Of a stretch of DNA of 64,000 nucleotides, positions 26,430 through 35,524 are shown in pieces. Positions within the stretch are counted from its first letter, which is position 1. Each line of letters begins with the position of its first letter. Source of the stretch: Bryobacteraceae bacterium (GTDB lineage Bacteria; Acidobacteriota; Terriglobia; Bryobacterales; Bryobacteraceae); assembly GCA_035604115.1 (NCBI GenBank), contig DATNJC010000230.1, positions 1,522 to 65,521 on the forward strand, written 5' to 3'. The notes below the pieces were generated by a model that was given only the letters and a program-made list of their open reading frames with translations, did not search any database and was not told the origin of the DNA. Position numbers and translations under genes: made by a program.

Positions 26430-27443
26430 CTACTTACCCGCTTTCTTCTCGGCATCCCGCGCGCCCGATAAAATTCCTACCATACCATAGTTGCCTTCGT
26501 GGCACGCGTACTCAAAGATCGGCCCATCTATTTTCTCACTGGGAATCTGCGCCGTCCAGGGGTGGGCAAACGAGGACGGGTCATCCACGCTGAACGTATA
26601 GGTTAACGTGTCGGCCGCCGTGCGCGTGAAGCGCTCGGTCAAATGCAGGTTCGCGCTGGAGCCGCGGAACACGGTCTTATCGGTGAAATTGGTGGTGTCC
26701 ACCACCAGGGTGTCGCCTTCCCAGTGGCCGCGCGAATCGCCCAGCCACTGGCGAACTTCCTTGGGCGGGTGCGGACGCCCATCCAGCGGAATCATGCGCA
26801 CATCGTGAATCTGTTCGTTCGAGATGGCCACGAAGTCGCGCGTCTGCACGATCTGATAGTTGTTGTTGTAGGCGCTTGGCAGCATCGGCGGACCGGCGGT
26901 GGCCCAGTTGAGGCAACGCTCTGACAGGGTCCGGTCTTCAGGCCCCTCCGCCACACGCGTGCGCCGGTCGGCTGCTGCAGCTATACGCTGCTTCGCCGCC
27001 CCCGAGAGCGCCGGAATCTTGCCGTCGGGAGGATCGATAATCAGGGACGTGCGCCGCGTTTCGATCACTTTCGTTCCGCGATCGTACCAGGCTTCGTTAT
27101 AGGCGCGGCCGACGTCGGCGGCGTTTCCGCCATCCCGGCGGTCGCGGTTTTCGCGCGCGTTGACGGCGGCCTCATACTCGGCCGCCTCTTTCGCAGTCAG
27201 CGTGGGCTTGCCCGCTAGATCGTCGGGCCGCTCGAGCGGCGTAATCGTCGCGTTGGACCAGATTCCTTGCAGATCTGGCTGGCCGTCGGCGGTGCGTGGG
27301 GCCGTGTACTTCTTCGCGATCGCGGCGGCTTTCGCGGAGGCGGGTTTCGCGGCCGGAGTCTGAGCCAGCGCAAGCGCCGCGCCCGCTATCGAACATACGG
27401 ACCAAGTGGCGAACCCGGACCAAGTAGCGAACCGATGCTTCAT
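26430..27443 (-). CDS. Uncharacterised secreted protein, array paralog P1
   Basis: RBS gggaggg plus ATG at 27443. Motifs 'PRTADGQPDLQGIWS', 'YNNNYQIVQ', 'GHWEGDTLVVDTTNF' and 'FEYACHEGNYGM'. Confidence 0.8.
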   Translation of the reverse strand: MKHRFATWSGFATWSVCSIAGAALALAQTPAAKPASAKAAAIAKKYTAPRTADGQPDLQGIWSNATITPLERPDDLAGKPTLTAKEAAEYEAAVNARENRDRRDGGNAADVGRAYNEAWYDRGTKVIETRRTSLIIDPPDGKIPALSGAAKQRIAAAADRRTRVAEGPEDRTLSERCLNWATAGPPMLPSAYNNNYQIVQTRDFVAISNEQIHDVRMIPLDGRPHPPKEVRQWLGDSRGHWEGDTLVVDTTNFTDKTVFRGSSANLHLTERFTRTAADTLTYTFSVDDPSSFAHPWTAQIPSEKIDGPIFEYACHEGNYGMVGILSGARDAEKKAGK

Positions 27444-27473
27444 CGCTGACCCTCCCTTGCTCAAAATTCTCTA

Positions 27474-28523
27474 CTACCTTCCGGCAGCGGCCTTCTCTTC
27501 GGCCCCGCGGGCGCCGGACAAGATGCCCGTCATCCCGTAGTTGCCTTCGTGGCACGCGTACTCAAAGATCGGCCCATCTATTTTCTCACTGGGAATCTCC
27601 GCCGTCCAGGGGTGGGTGAAGGCCGCCGGATCGTCCACCGTGAAAGAGTACAGCAGTGTGTCCGGGGCCACGCGCGTGAAGCGCTCGGTCAGGTGCATGT
27701 TCTCACTGTGGTTGAAACGGCCGAATTCGACGCCGCGGAATGCGGTTTCACTCGAGAAGTTGGTGGTTTCGACCACTAAGGTGTCGCCTTCCCAATGGCC
27801 GCGCGAATCGCCCAGCCATTGGCGAATACCTTTGTCCACATGCGGGCGGTTGTCCAGCGGAATCATCCGCATATCGTGGATCTGTTCGTTCGAGATCGCC
27901 ACAAAATCGCGCGTCTGCACGATCTGATAGTTGTTGTTGTATGCGCTAGGCATCATCGGCGGACCGGCGGTGGCCCAGTTGATGCAGCGTTCCGACAGAG
28001 CCCGGTCCTCCGGACCATCGGACGGGTGCAGACGCCGCGACTCCGCGCGCGCCGCTACCTGCTTCTGCGCTTCCGGCGTCAGAGCCGGCAACTTGCCATC
28101 GGAAGGATCCACAATCAGCGAGGTGCGCCGCGTGCCGACGACCTTGGTTCCACGGTCCCACCAGAAATCGTTGTAGGCGCGGCTGACGTCCGCATCGGTT
28201 CCCGCGCCGGCGCGGCTATCCATGTTGTTCCGCTTGCGAACGGCGGCTTCATAATCGGCGGCTTCCTGGGCGGAGAGCGAGGCTTTGCCCGCCAGATCGG
28301 CGGGCCGCTCCAGCGGTGTGATGGTGGCGTTGGACCAGATTCCTTGCAGATCGGGTTGCCCCTCCGGCGTGCGCGGCGCCGTATACTTCTTCGCAATCGC
28401 AGCTGGCTTGACCGCGGGTTTGGCTACCGGCGCTTGAGCCGACACTTGAGCCGATGCTTGAGCCAGGGCCAGCGCCGCTCCGGCCAACGAAGATGCAGAC
28501 CAAGCGGCGAATCGGTGCTTCAT
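27474..28523 (-). CDS. Uncharacterised secreted protein, array paralog P2
   Basis: RBS aggagg plus ATG at 28523. Same motif set as P1. The C-terminal two-thirds is highly similar to P1 by eye. Confidence 0.8.
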   Translation of the reverse strand: MKHRFAAWSASSLAGAALALAQASAQVSAQAPVAKPAVKPAAIAKKYTAPRTPEGQPDLQGIWSNATITPLERPADLAGKASLSAQEAADYEAAVRKRNNMDSRAGAGTDADVSRAYNDFWWDRGTKVVGTRRTSLIVDPSDGKLPALTPEAQKQVAARAESRRLHPSDGPEDRALSERCINWATAGPPMMPSAYNNNYQIVQTRDFVAISNEQIHDMRMIPLDNRPHVDKGIRQWLGDSRGHWEGDTLVVETTNFSSETAFRGVEFGRFNHSENMHLTERFTRVAPDTLLYSFTVDDPAAFTHPWTAEIPSEKIDGPIFEYACHEGNYGMTGILSGARGAEEKAAAGR

Positions 28524-28536
28524 CGAGGTCCTCCTG

Positions 28537-29505
28537 TTACTGGCCGGCAGCTTTCTTCTCGGCTTCCCGCGCACCGCCCAGCATACCCGTCATCGCGTAA
28601 TTGCCTTCACTGCACGCGTACTCGTACAGATCGCCATCCGACTTGTTCCAGGTGATCGACGCGGTCCACGGTTTGGTGAACGCCGCCGGATCTTCCACCG
28701 TGAATTCGTAAGACAACATATCCCGAGCCACGCGTTTGAAACGCTCGGTCAGCTTCATGTTCTCCGTGGCGCCCCGGAAGCGCGTCTTGTCGCTGAAGTT
28801 GGTGGTCTCGACCACCAGGGTGTCGCCTTCCCAGTGGCCCCGCGAATCTCCCATCCACTGCCGGACGCTGGAGGGAACATGCGGACGGCCGTCGGTGGGG
28901 ATCGTTCGCACGTCATGAACCATCTCCACCAGAATGGTGACGGCTCCGGGTGTTTGAACGATGCGGTAGTTGTTGTTGTAAAAGCTCGGCAACATGGGTG
29001 GACCCGCGGTGGGCCACAGAATACACCGTTCCGTCAGCGCGCGGTCCTCGGGGCCATCGGCGGGATGCAGGCGCGCATACGCGCGCTGTTCCTGCTGCCG
29101 TTTTTGCGCCGTGGGCGTCAACGCCGGAATGCGTCCGTCCTTAGGGTCCACGATCAGCGAGGTCCGCTTGGTTCCCACCACCTTGGTCCCACGGTCATAC
29201 CACGCGTCGTTGTAAGCGCGCCCGACATCGGCTTCGGCGCCTCCATCGCGGCGGTCGGCGTTGTTGCGCTCTAGAGTTTCCTTCTCGAATTGCGCGGCTT
29301 CCTCATTGCTGAATCTTTCCTTGTTCGCCAGATTTGCGGGCCGCTCCAGGGGCGTAATGGTGGCGCTCGACCAAACGCCCGACAAGTCCGGATGCCCATC
29401 GGCGGTGCGGGGAGGAGTGTAGGATTTCGCCGGGCCTTGCGCCCAGGCTATTCCGAGGAACGCTGCCGCCAACCCGGCGGACCCCAGGTGAATCATAGGT
29501 TTCAT
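28537..29505 (-). CDS. Uncharacterised secreted protein, array paralog P3
   Basis: 'PRTADGHPDLSGVWS', 'YNNNYRIVQ', 'GHWEGDTLVVETTNF' and 'YEYACSEGNYAM'. Start is ambiguous (29505, 29496 or 29532). Confidence 0.75.
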   Translation of the reverse strand: MKPMIHLGSAGLAAAFLGIAWAQGPAKSYTPPRTADGHPDLSGVWSSATITPLERPANLANKERFSNEEAAQFEKETLERNNADRRDGGAEADVGRAYNDAWYDRGTKVVGTKRTSLIVDPKDGRIPALTPTAQKRQQEQRAYARLHPADGPEDRALTERCILWPTAGPPMLPSFYNNNYRIVQTPGAVTILVEMVHDVRTIPTDGRPHVPSSVRQWMGDSRGHWEGDTLVVETTNFSDKTRFRGATENMKLTERFKRVARDMLSYEFTVEDPAAFTKPWTASITWNKSDGDLYEYACSEGNYAMTGMLGGAREAEKKAAGQ

Positions 29506-29548
29506 TTTATTACACACGTGGCGCAGGGCCATGCCCTGCGAACCGGCC

Positions 29549-30571
29549 TTACTTCTTGCCCGCGGCCCTGGCTTCGTCTTCGCGCGCGGCGCCCAGAATT
29601 CCGCGCAGCGCGTAGTTACCTTCGGTGCACGCGTACTCGTAAACCTGATCGGGCGTCTTGTTCATCGGGACTTCGCCGGAAAACGGCCGCGCGAAGGTAC
29701 TCGGGTCGTCGACGGTGAACTGGTAGCTGATGGTATCCGCATCCACGCGAGTGAGCCGCTCGATCAAATGCATGCCGTCGCTCGAGCCATTAAAATTGCT
29801 CTTCTCGGCAAAATTGGTGGACTCGATGACCAAGGTGTCGCCTTCCCAATGTCCGCGCGGATCGCCCATCCACTGCCGGATGCTTCCCGGCACGTGCGGA
29901 CGCGGGTCCGAGGGCCGAACCAAGGGAATGATGCGCGCGTCGTGAATCATCTCATGCAGGATCGCCACGTAGCCCGGCGCTTGCACGATCTGGAAGTCGT
30001 TGTTATAAGGCCCCGGCACGATCGGCAGGCCGCGGGTCAGACAGCGTTCCCACAGGTTGCGGTCTTCGGGGCCGTCGGCGGGATGCGCGCGCTGATACGC
30101 GCGTTGCGCGGCCTGCTTCTTTTCGGCCTCGGCGGTCAGCGCAGGGATTTTTCCATCCGCCGGATCGGTGATCAGCGAGGTGCGCAGGCTGGCGATCACC
30201 GAATTCCCGCGGTCGCGCCAGAATTCGTTATACGAGCGCCCTACGTCCGCCTGCGGTCCGCCATCGCGGCGGTCTCCGGTGATATTGGCGAACTGGTTCT
30301 TGGCCCAGGTGTCGGCCTCCTGCTGCGAGGCGAAGTGGCTCTTGTTCGCGAGGTCGGCCGGGCGCTGCAGCGGCGTGAGCGTCGAGTTGGTCCAGACGCC
30401 CTGCAAATCGGGCTGGCCATCCGCGGTGCGCGGCACGGTCCATTTCTTGGAAACCGCGGTGGCAGGCTTAGCGGAGGAATTCGCTGGCTTGGCGACTGCG
30501 GTCTGGCCGGAGGCGACAACTGCAAATGTCGCCATGGCGAGTCCGCAAGAAACCAGCAGCCGGCGTGTCAT
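29549..30571 (-). CDS. Uncharacterised secreted protein, array paralog P4
   Basis: 'PRTADGQPDLQGVWT', 'YNNDFQIVQ', 'GHWEGDTLVIESTNF' and 'YEYACTEGNYAL'. The ATG overlaps the upstream stop by 1 nt (TAATG). Confidence 0.8.
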   Translation of the reverse strand: MTRRLLVSCGLAMATFAVVASGQTAVAKPANSSAKPATAVSKKWTVPRTADGQPDLQGVWTNSTLTPLQRPADLANKSHFASQQEADTWAKNQFANITGDRRDGGPQADVGRSYNEFWRDRGNSVIASLRTSLITDPADGKIPALTAEAEKKQAAQRAYQRAHPADGPEDRNLWERCLTRGLPIVPGPYNNDFQIVQAPGYVAILHEMIHDARIIPLVRPSDPRPHVPGSIRQWMGDPRGHWEGDTLVIESTNFAEKSNFNGSSDGMHLIERLTRVDADTISYQFTVDDPSTFARPFSGEVPMNKTPDQVYEYACTEGNYALRGILGAAREDEARAAGKK

Positions 30572-30993
30572 TACTTGCTGGTGTCTGCGCCCGGCTCAGC
30601 TCCCGGCGCCGAGCCGCCCATGAACAGCCGCTTGCCATCCTTGGCGAACGTGAGATTGGCTCCCACGGCCCGGTTTGCTCCGTCCTTGGCCTGATAGCCT
30701 TCGACGATGATGTCGGTGCCCGGAGGCAGCGCGTTCTTGGTGAAACCCAGCCGGAGCAGGGCATTGGGGCTTCCACCTTCCACCATCCACTCGGTGACCT
30801 TACCGTCCGGGCCCTTCACGTTCAGCCGGATCCAGGAATGTGGATTGACCAGCTCCCACTTCACGACGGTGCCTTGCAACTTCAACGGCCGGTTCTCGTC
30901 GAACTCCGCAGCGAAGGCGTGATGCGCGTGAACCGGCAGCGCGACCGTGAGCGCAGCCGCCGCCGCGCAAATCAAAAATATACGAGTGCGCAT
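30571..30993 (-). CDS. DUF6152-like small secreted protein (copy b)
   Basis: RBS aggag. 'MRTRIFLICAAAAALTVALPVHA|HHAFAAEFD'. Confidence 0.8.
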   Translation of the reverse strand: MRTRIFLICAAAAALTVALPVHAHHAFAAEFDENRPLKLQGTVVKWELVNPHSWIRLNVKGPDGKVTEWMVEGGSPNALLRLGFTKNALPPGTDIIVEGYQAKDGANRAVGANLTFAKDGKRLFMGGSAPGAEPGADTSK

Positions 30994-31021
30994 TCTGACT
31001 CCTGACTTCTTGCTACTGGTG

Positions 31022-32017
31022 TCACTTGGCACCGGCGGCTTGCTTGGCCTCAGTCGCCCGCACGCCGCTCAGAATGTTGGCCATCCCGTAGTTGCCTTCC
31101 TGGCAGGCGTACTCGAAGATGCGATCATTGGCGCTCTTGACCCACGACACCTCCGCCGACCACGGCTGGGTCCAGGTGGCGGGATCTTCCACGGTGAACT
31201 GATAGGTGAGCGTCTCGGCGTCTTTGCGCGTGAAGCGCTCGGTCACATGCAGGTTTTCGCTGGACCCGCGCCACGCCGCCCGGCCGTTGAAGTTCGCCGT
31301 ATCCACCACCAGCGTGTTGCCTTCCCAGTGCCCGCGCGAATCGCCGAACCACAGCTTCACATTCTTGTCCGGATGCGCGCTCCCGTCCGTGGGAATCATG
31401 CGCGTGTCGTGGATCATCTCCTGCAGAATGGCCACGTAGCCCGGCCCTTGCACGATCTGAAGGTTGTCGTTGTAACCCGCCGCCATCATCGGCGGACCCT
31501 CGCTGCCCCACAAAATGCAGCGCTCCGCCAGCCCGCGATTTTCCGGCCCGTCGAAGCCGTGGTCGCGCCGTATCGCGGCCGCGGCCGCCGCCCGTTGCTT
31601 GGCCGCGTCGGTAGTCGGCGGAATCCGTCCCTCCGGACCCACGATCAGCGAAGTACGCAAGCTAGGTGCAATCTCGCGCCGGTTCAATGCGAACTGGCTC
31701 AGGTCGTAGTGCACCGCCAACGCACCATCTTCGCGCGGCGCGGCCTTTCCCTTGCGCTGCCCGGCCCGCGCGGCATTGGCGGCGAGTTCCTCGGGTGTGT
31801 AAAACTCCTTAGCGCCGAGGTTCGCCGGCCGCTCCAGCGGCACCGTCGTCGCCGTCGACCACACGCCCTGCAAATCCGGCTGCCCGTCCGTCGTGCGCAG
31901 CGCGACCGTCCCTTTGGACGCGGGGGCGGCAGCGGGCTTCGACGCCACCTGTGAAAAAGCCAGCGCTGCGGCCAGCATCACGATAGCAACAAGAGCGAAT
32001 GTGAATTTGCGAATCAT
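31022..32017 (-). CDS. Uncharacterised secreted protein, array paralog P5
   Basis: 'RTTDGQPDLQGVWS', 'YNDNLQIVQ', 'GHWEGNTLVVDTANF' and 'FEYACQEGNYGM'. Confidence 0.8.
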   Translation of the reverse strand: MIRKFTFALVAIVMLAAALAFSQVASKPAAAPASKGTVALRTTDGQPDLQGVWSTATTVPLERPANLGAKEFYTPEELAANAARAGQRKGKAAPREDGALAVHYDLSQFALNRREIAPSLRTSLIVGPEGRIPPTTDAAKQRAAAAAAIRRDHGFDGPENRGLAERCILWGSEGPPMMAAGYNDNLQIVQGPGYVAILQEMIHDTRMIPTDGSAHPDKNVKLWFGDSRGHWEGNTLVVDTANFNGRAAWRGSSENLHVTERFTRKDAETLTYQFTVEDPATWTQPWSAEVSWVKSANDRIFEYACQEGNYGMANILSGVRATEAKQAAGAK

Positions 32018-32060
32018 CGTGAGCGCGTCTCCTGGAAATGATTTTGATTTGTCTGCTTAC

Positions 32061-32894
32061 TTATTTTGTGTAGGGATCGGTTCCCTTTTTGCGGAGGTTT
32101 CCGTACAGCAGCTCCTCGGCGAACTCCACGCATTTGAACTCCAGCAACTGGGCGTTCTTCTCCACGTGCCGGTACAGCGGGAAGCTGATCTTCCACGGCT
32201 TCGAGAACACATTCTTGTCTTCGATCGTGGCCTCGTAGTTCAAGGTATCGGCGCTGCGCGGCGTCCAGCGCTCCACCACGTGCAGAGCGTCGCTATGGTA
32301 GTTGCCGGAGCGGTCGAACCACGTCATGTCGTTCAAGCCGGTGACGTCCACCACCAGCGTGTCGCCTTCCCAGTGGCCGTTGGACCAGCCCATCCAGCTA
32401 TCCACCGGCGCTTCCTTCTTGCTGTCGATGTTGATGGTGCGCACCGCGCCCGCGTACTCGTACGAAATCAGAACCACCTTGCTCGATTGCACGATCTGGA
32501 ACGGATACGGCATGTAGTTGGCGCGCGGCACGCCGGGCAGGTAGCACTTCAGCTCCGGATCGTCTTTCGAGCGGGCGGCAAAATTCGCTTTTTTCTTAGC
32601 CAGCGCCGCGGGCAGATAGGGAATTTCTTCGCCGTCCACGATGCCCAGCCCGGGCGGCTGCGCTTCCTCGGCGCCCAGTTGCCACATGAACCCCGGACCC
32701 GCCGCGTGCCCTTGAATGTCCCAATTGGCGGTGTTCATGGCCTGCCAGATCCCGTTCAGATTGGCGTGGCCATCCGCGGTTTTTGGAGCCTTATAAGCCG
32801 GCGCCTGACTGTGGGCCGGCATCACCGCGAGCAGCAGGCCCGCCGCCGCGGCCGCTGTCACCATACTCCAGTTTCGAAGCTCAGTTCGCGTCAT
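32061..32894 (-). CDS. Uncharacterised secreted protein, divergent array paralog P6
   Basis: RBS gagggaacaATG. 'PKTADGHANLNGIWQ', 'GHWEGDTLVVDVTGL' and 'LEFKCVE'. Shorter and more divergent than P1-P5. Confidence 0.75.
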   Translation of the reverse strand: MTRTELRNWSMVTAAAAAGLLLAVMPAHSQAPAYKAPKTADGHANLNGIWQAMNTANWDIQGHAAGPGFMWQLGAEEAQPPGLGIVDGEEIPYLPAALAKKKANFAARSKDDPELKCYLPGVPRANYMPYPFQIVQSSKVVLISYEYAGAVRTINIDSKKEAPVDSWMGWSNGHWEGDTLVVDVTGLNDMTWFDRSGNYHSDALHVVERWTPRSADTLNYEATIEDKNVFSKPWKISFPLYRHVEKNAQLLEFKCVEFAEELLYGNLRKKGTDPYTK

Positions 32895-33039
32895 TGTTCC
32901 CTCGCGCACAACGGACTCGTTTGTGCGTCCTTTTCGTGAAAATACACCACCGGCGCGCCGGTCCGACAACTCCGGCTAAGATGGTACATTCAAATCACTT
33001 CAGTGTCAACGGGAGAATGGCGGCGGGACGGTTGCACTG

Positions 33040-33347
33040 TCATTGCTGAGCCCGCTGGCTCAGAAACGCCGGGATGTCGCGTGAGCCCTGGGTCACGGCC
33101 ACGATCTCAATGGACTGACGAGACGCACGATAGATGATCAAATACGCCCCGACCGGCCAGAACGGACCGGATGAGGCGTGAAGTCTTCGCGCTTGCGGCC
33201 CATCCCCGGAGTCTGCCCGAGGGCCTCAAACGCGTCGTACAGCGTTCCGATCCAGCGATCGGCGGCCTCGACGTCGTCTGCGGCGATGTATTCCCAAATC
33301 CCGTCGAGGTCGCGATCTGCATCGCCACTAAGGACGTACCCGCTCAC
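33040..33347 (-). pseudogene. parE: ParE/RelE-family toxin with a 1-nt frameshift
   Basis: GTG 33347 reads 'SGYVLSGDADRDLDGIWEYIAADDVEAADRW...REDFTPHPVR'. The conserved C-terminus 'FWPVGAYLIIYRASRQSIEIVAVTQGSRDIPAFL' continues in another frame, with the shift near 33161-33162, down to the stop at 33040. Confidence 0.75.
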
Positions 33348-33610
33348 GCGCGAGTCTTGCGGCGTTCGGCAGACTTGCGCTGTAATCGGGCGCGGGCGGC
33401 AGCCGGGTCGACGGTTTCGCCGCGATCGAGGGCGGCGAGGCGGCGGCCGAGCTCCTGGTTGAATTCCGCCAGTTGCGCCGCGCGCGCGGAGTCGTGCTCC
33501 TCCAGCAATCGCAACGCTTCCCGAACGACCTCGCTCGCCGAGTTATAACGACCCGATTGCACCTTAGCGCTGACGAGTTTTTCCAGTTCCGGCGTTAGAG
33601 AGACGTTCAT
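33344..33610 (-). CDS. parD: ParD/CopG-type (TIGR02606-like) antitoxin
   Basis: 88 aa. 'MNVSLTPELEKLVSAKVQSGRYNSASEVVREALRLLEE'. GTGA overlap with parE. Confidence 0.85.
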   Translation of the reverse strand: MNVSLTPELEKLVSAKVQSGRYNSASEVVREALRLLEEHDSARAAQLAEFNQELGRRLAALDRGETVDPAAARARLQRKSAERRKTRA

Positions 33611-33696
33611 TTGGGCGACTCCGGGCCGTCTTCAGAGTAAGTCCGGATAGCGAAGATTGTCAATGTCTGTTATTGCGCAAGTTCGCTTTAATCGCA

Positions 33697-35169
33697 CTAT
33701 TGCTGGATCGGGTTGAGCGCTTTGGGCGGCGCGGGCGGCCTGGGCACGCCCGGAATCGCGGGCACGCCCGGAATGGCGGGAGCGACCGGTGCTTTCGGAG
33801 CCGCGGGCGCCACGTCCTCCGCCCCCGCTTTTTGCACCTCGATGCGCCCGCGCTCGGTCGACAGATCCACCGACGGTCCACCGTTGGACCCGCGCAGCGC
33901 CGACCCGCGCTTGTTCGATTCCTCGCGCAGCGGAGGCCCGAATTCATTGCTCACTTCGCCGCGCACGCTGGTCGCATTCAAGTCGAACTTGGCAGCCGCC
34001 GGGAGCGCCAGCTCGATGTTCCCGGCGCGCGTGTGGACCTGCATTCTGGCCAGGGGCAGGGAACCGGGCCGCAGGTCGATGTCGCCGCGGACGACGTTCA
34101 CTTCGAGGGAATTCGTAACGCCAGAGATCTGCACGTCGCGCGCGTTGGAGTGAAGGATCACCGGGCCCACCAGATTCTCGCCCGTGAATTCTCCCAGCGG
34201 CATGCGCACCTCGCCGGGAATCTTCTCGGCGCTAAACTCGCTCTGCGGGCCGGTGAAGTGCACCGTCCGGGTCATATTATGAAAGCGCACCATGCCGCGA
34301 TAGCCGCCGTTGATGATTACCGGGCCGTCGACATTCTCCAGATCGATGTCGCTCCCACTGCCCCTAAGGACCAGCCCGCCCTTCAGATTCACCGCCCGCA
34401 CAATCTCGCTGCGGCGCAGGTCCAGGCGCGCCTGCCCGCCCACGTTTTCCATCCGCACGCCGGCGTTATCGGAGGTGATGTCCACTTCGCCATTAATTCC
34501 GCTGATATCGAAATCGCCGCTGCGTCCATGCGCTTCTATTGACGCCCCTCTGGGAACGGTGATGTCCATTTCGGCCGTAATCCGCGCGGCCCTGGAAGGA
34601 TGGTCCTGATTGGTGCGGATCACCACGCGGTTGGCGTCCCCCACTAGCTCGAACGGAGATTCCCGGTCGCTCGCGTCGGCCGCGTTCTGGTCCATGCTGC
34701 GAACCGTCTTGCGCCCGGTCACCTTGACGCTGGTGACATCGCCGCCGGTGATGTGTGCGTTGCCCCGGAAACTCTCCAGCACCACGCGCGGCGCGGCAGC
34801 GGCGGGCTTTTCTCCGGACAGCGGATACTCGAAACTTTCGCCGAACACGTCCAGCCCGCCCATCTCCAGCCGCCCCCGCGGCAGCCAGTTCGAGAACCCG
34901 CGCGCCGCGTTCAGGCTGAATCCGAAAATGCACAGGAACACCACCAGCACCCATTCGCCGGCCGAAACGCCGGCATTAGGCAGGGGCCGAGAGGTAGAAG
35001 CCCAGAACACAATCTCGGCCAGCCGCAGTACGCCCCACAGAATCAGCAGCAGCGGCCAGTACTTGGCCAGATAGTCCAGCAGCGGCACGTCCGGAAACAC
35101 GTTCCGCGCCAGAAACACCCCGCCGATGCCGATCAGCAACAGTGGCGCCGCGAGCGATGCGCGTCTCAT
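33697..35169 (-). CDS. Membrane-anchored DUF4097 (putative adhesin/LiaF-like) protein with a Pro-rich tail
   Basis: N-terminal TM hairpin 'YWPLLLILWGVLRLAE'. Repetitive beta-helix-like segments such as 'GDFDISGINGEVDITSDNAGVRMENV'. ATGA overlap with the upstream gene. Confidence 0.75.
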   Translation of the reverse strand: MRRASLAAPLLLIGIGGVFLARNVFPDVPLLDYLAKYWPLLLILWGVLRLAEIVFWASTSRPLPNAGVSAGEWVLVVFLCIFGFSLNAARGFSNWLPRGRLEMGGLDVFGESFEYPLSGEKPAAAAPRVVLESFRGNAHITGGDVTSVKVTGRKTVRSMDQNAADASDRESPFELVGDANRVVIRTNQDHPSRAARITAEMDITVPRGASIEAHGRSGDFDISGINGEVDITSDNAGVRMENVGGQARLDLRRSEIVRAVNLKGGLVLRGSGSDIDLENVDGPVIINGGYRGMVRFHNMTRTVHFTGPQSEFSAEKIPGEVRMPLGEFTGENLVGPVILHSNARDVQISGVTNSLEVNVVRGDIDLRPGSLPLARMQVHTRAGNIELALPAAAKFDLNATSVRGEVSNEFGPPLREESNKRGSALRGSNGGPSVDLSTERGRIEVQKAGAEDVAPAAPKAPVAPAIPGVPAIPGVPRPPAPPKALNPIQQ

Positions 35170-35348
35170 AATTGCCGCCATCCTCCGGTGCGCCGGCCCA
35201 GCAGCAGTACGCCCCACACGATCAGCAGCACCGGCCAAAACAGGTGCAACTCACGCAGCCAGTACAGGTCCGGAAACAAGTTCCGCGCCAGCCAAAACGT
35301 CCCGAACAAGATCAAGACCACCGGGAACCCAATGGATCCGCCTCTCAT
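35166..35348 (-). CDS. 60-aa two-TM mini-protein (DUF5668/LiaF-N-like hairpin)
   Basis: 'MRGGSIGFPVVLILFGTFWLARNLFPDLYWLRELHLFWPVLLIVWGVLLLG'. ATGA overlaps on both sides. Confidence 0.6.
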   Translation of the reverse strand: MRGGSIGFPVVLILFGTFWLARNLFPDLYWLRELHLFWPVLLIVWGVLLLGRRTGGWRQL

Positions 35349-35524
35349 ACGCTTTTTGCTCCAAATCTCTCCGCGAGCTTCAACAGCCCGATTACGATCA
35401 GCAGCACCGGCCACGTACGCCAGAAACTCACCGAGCCGAAATGATCGATGGTCACCAGCACGCCCAGTGTGATCATCATCACCGGTCCCCGGATGGCGGA
35501 AATGAAGGAGCCGCTGCTGGTCAT
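35345..35524 (-). CDS. 59-aa two-TM mini-protein (same hairpin module)
   Basis: 'MTSSGSFISAIRGPVMMITLGVLVTIDHFGSVSFWRTWPVLLIVIGLLKLAE'. ATGA overlaps on both sides. Confidence 0.6.
   Translation of the reverse strand: MTSSGSFISAIRGPVMMITLGVLVTIDHFGSVSFWRTWPVLLIVIGLLKLAERFGAKSV

Noticed and set aside
29531-32939. Three long + strand ORFs (29531-30694, 30947-31954, 31893-32939) opposite the paralog array
   Set aside because: The minus-strand frames carry signal peptides, RBSs and motifs conserved across six paralogs. The + frames are Arg/Gly/His-rich shadows.
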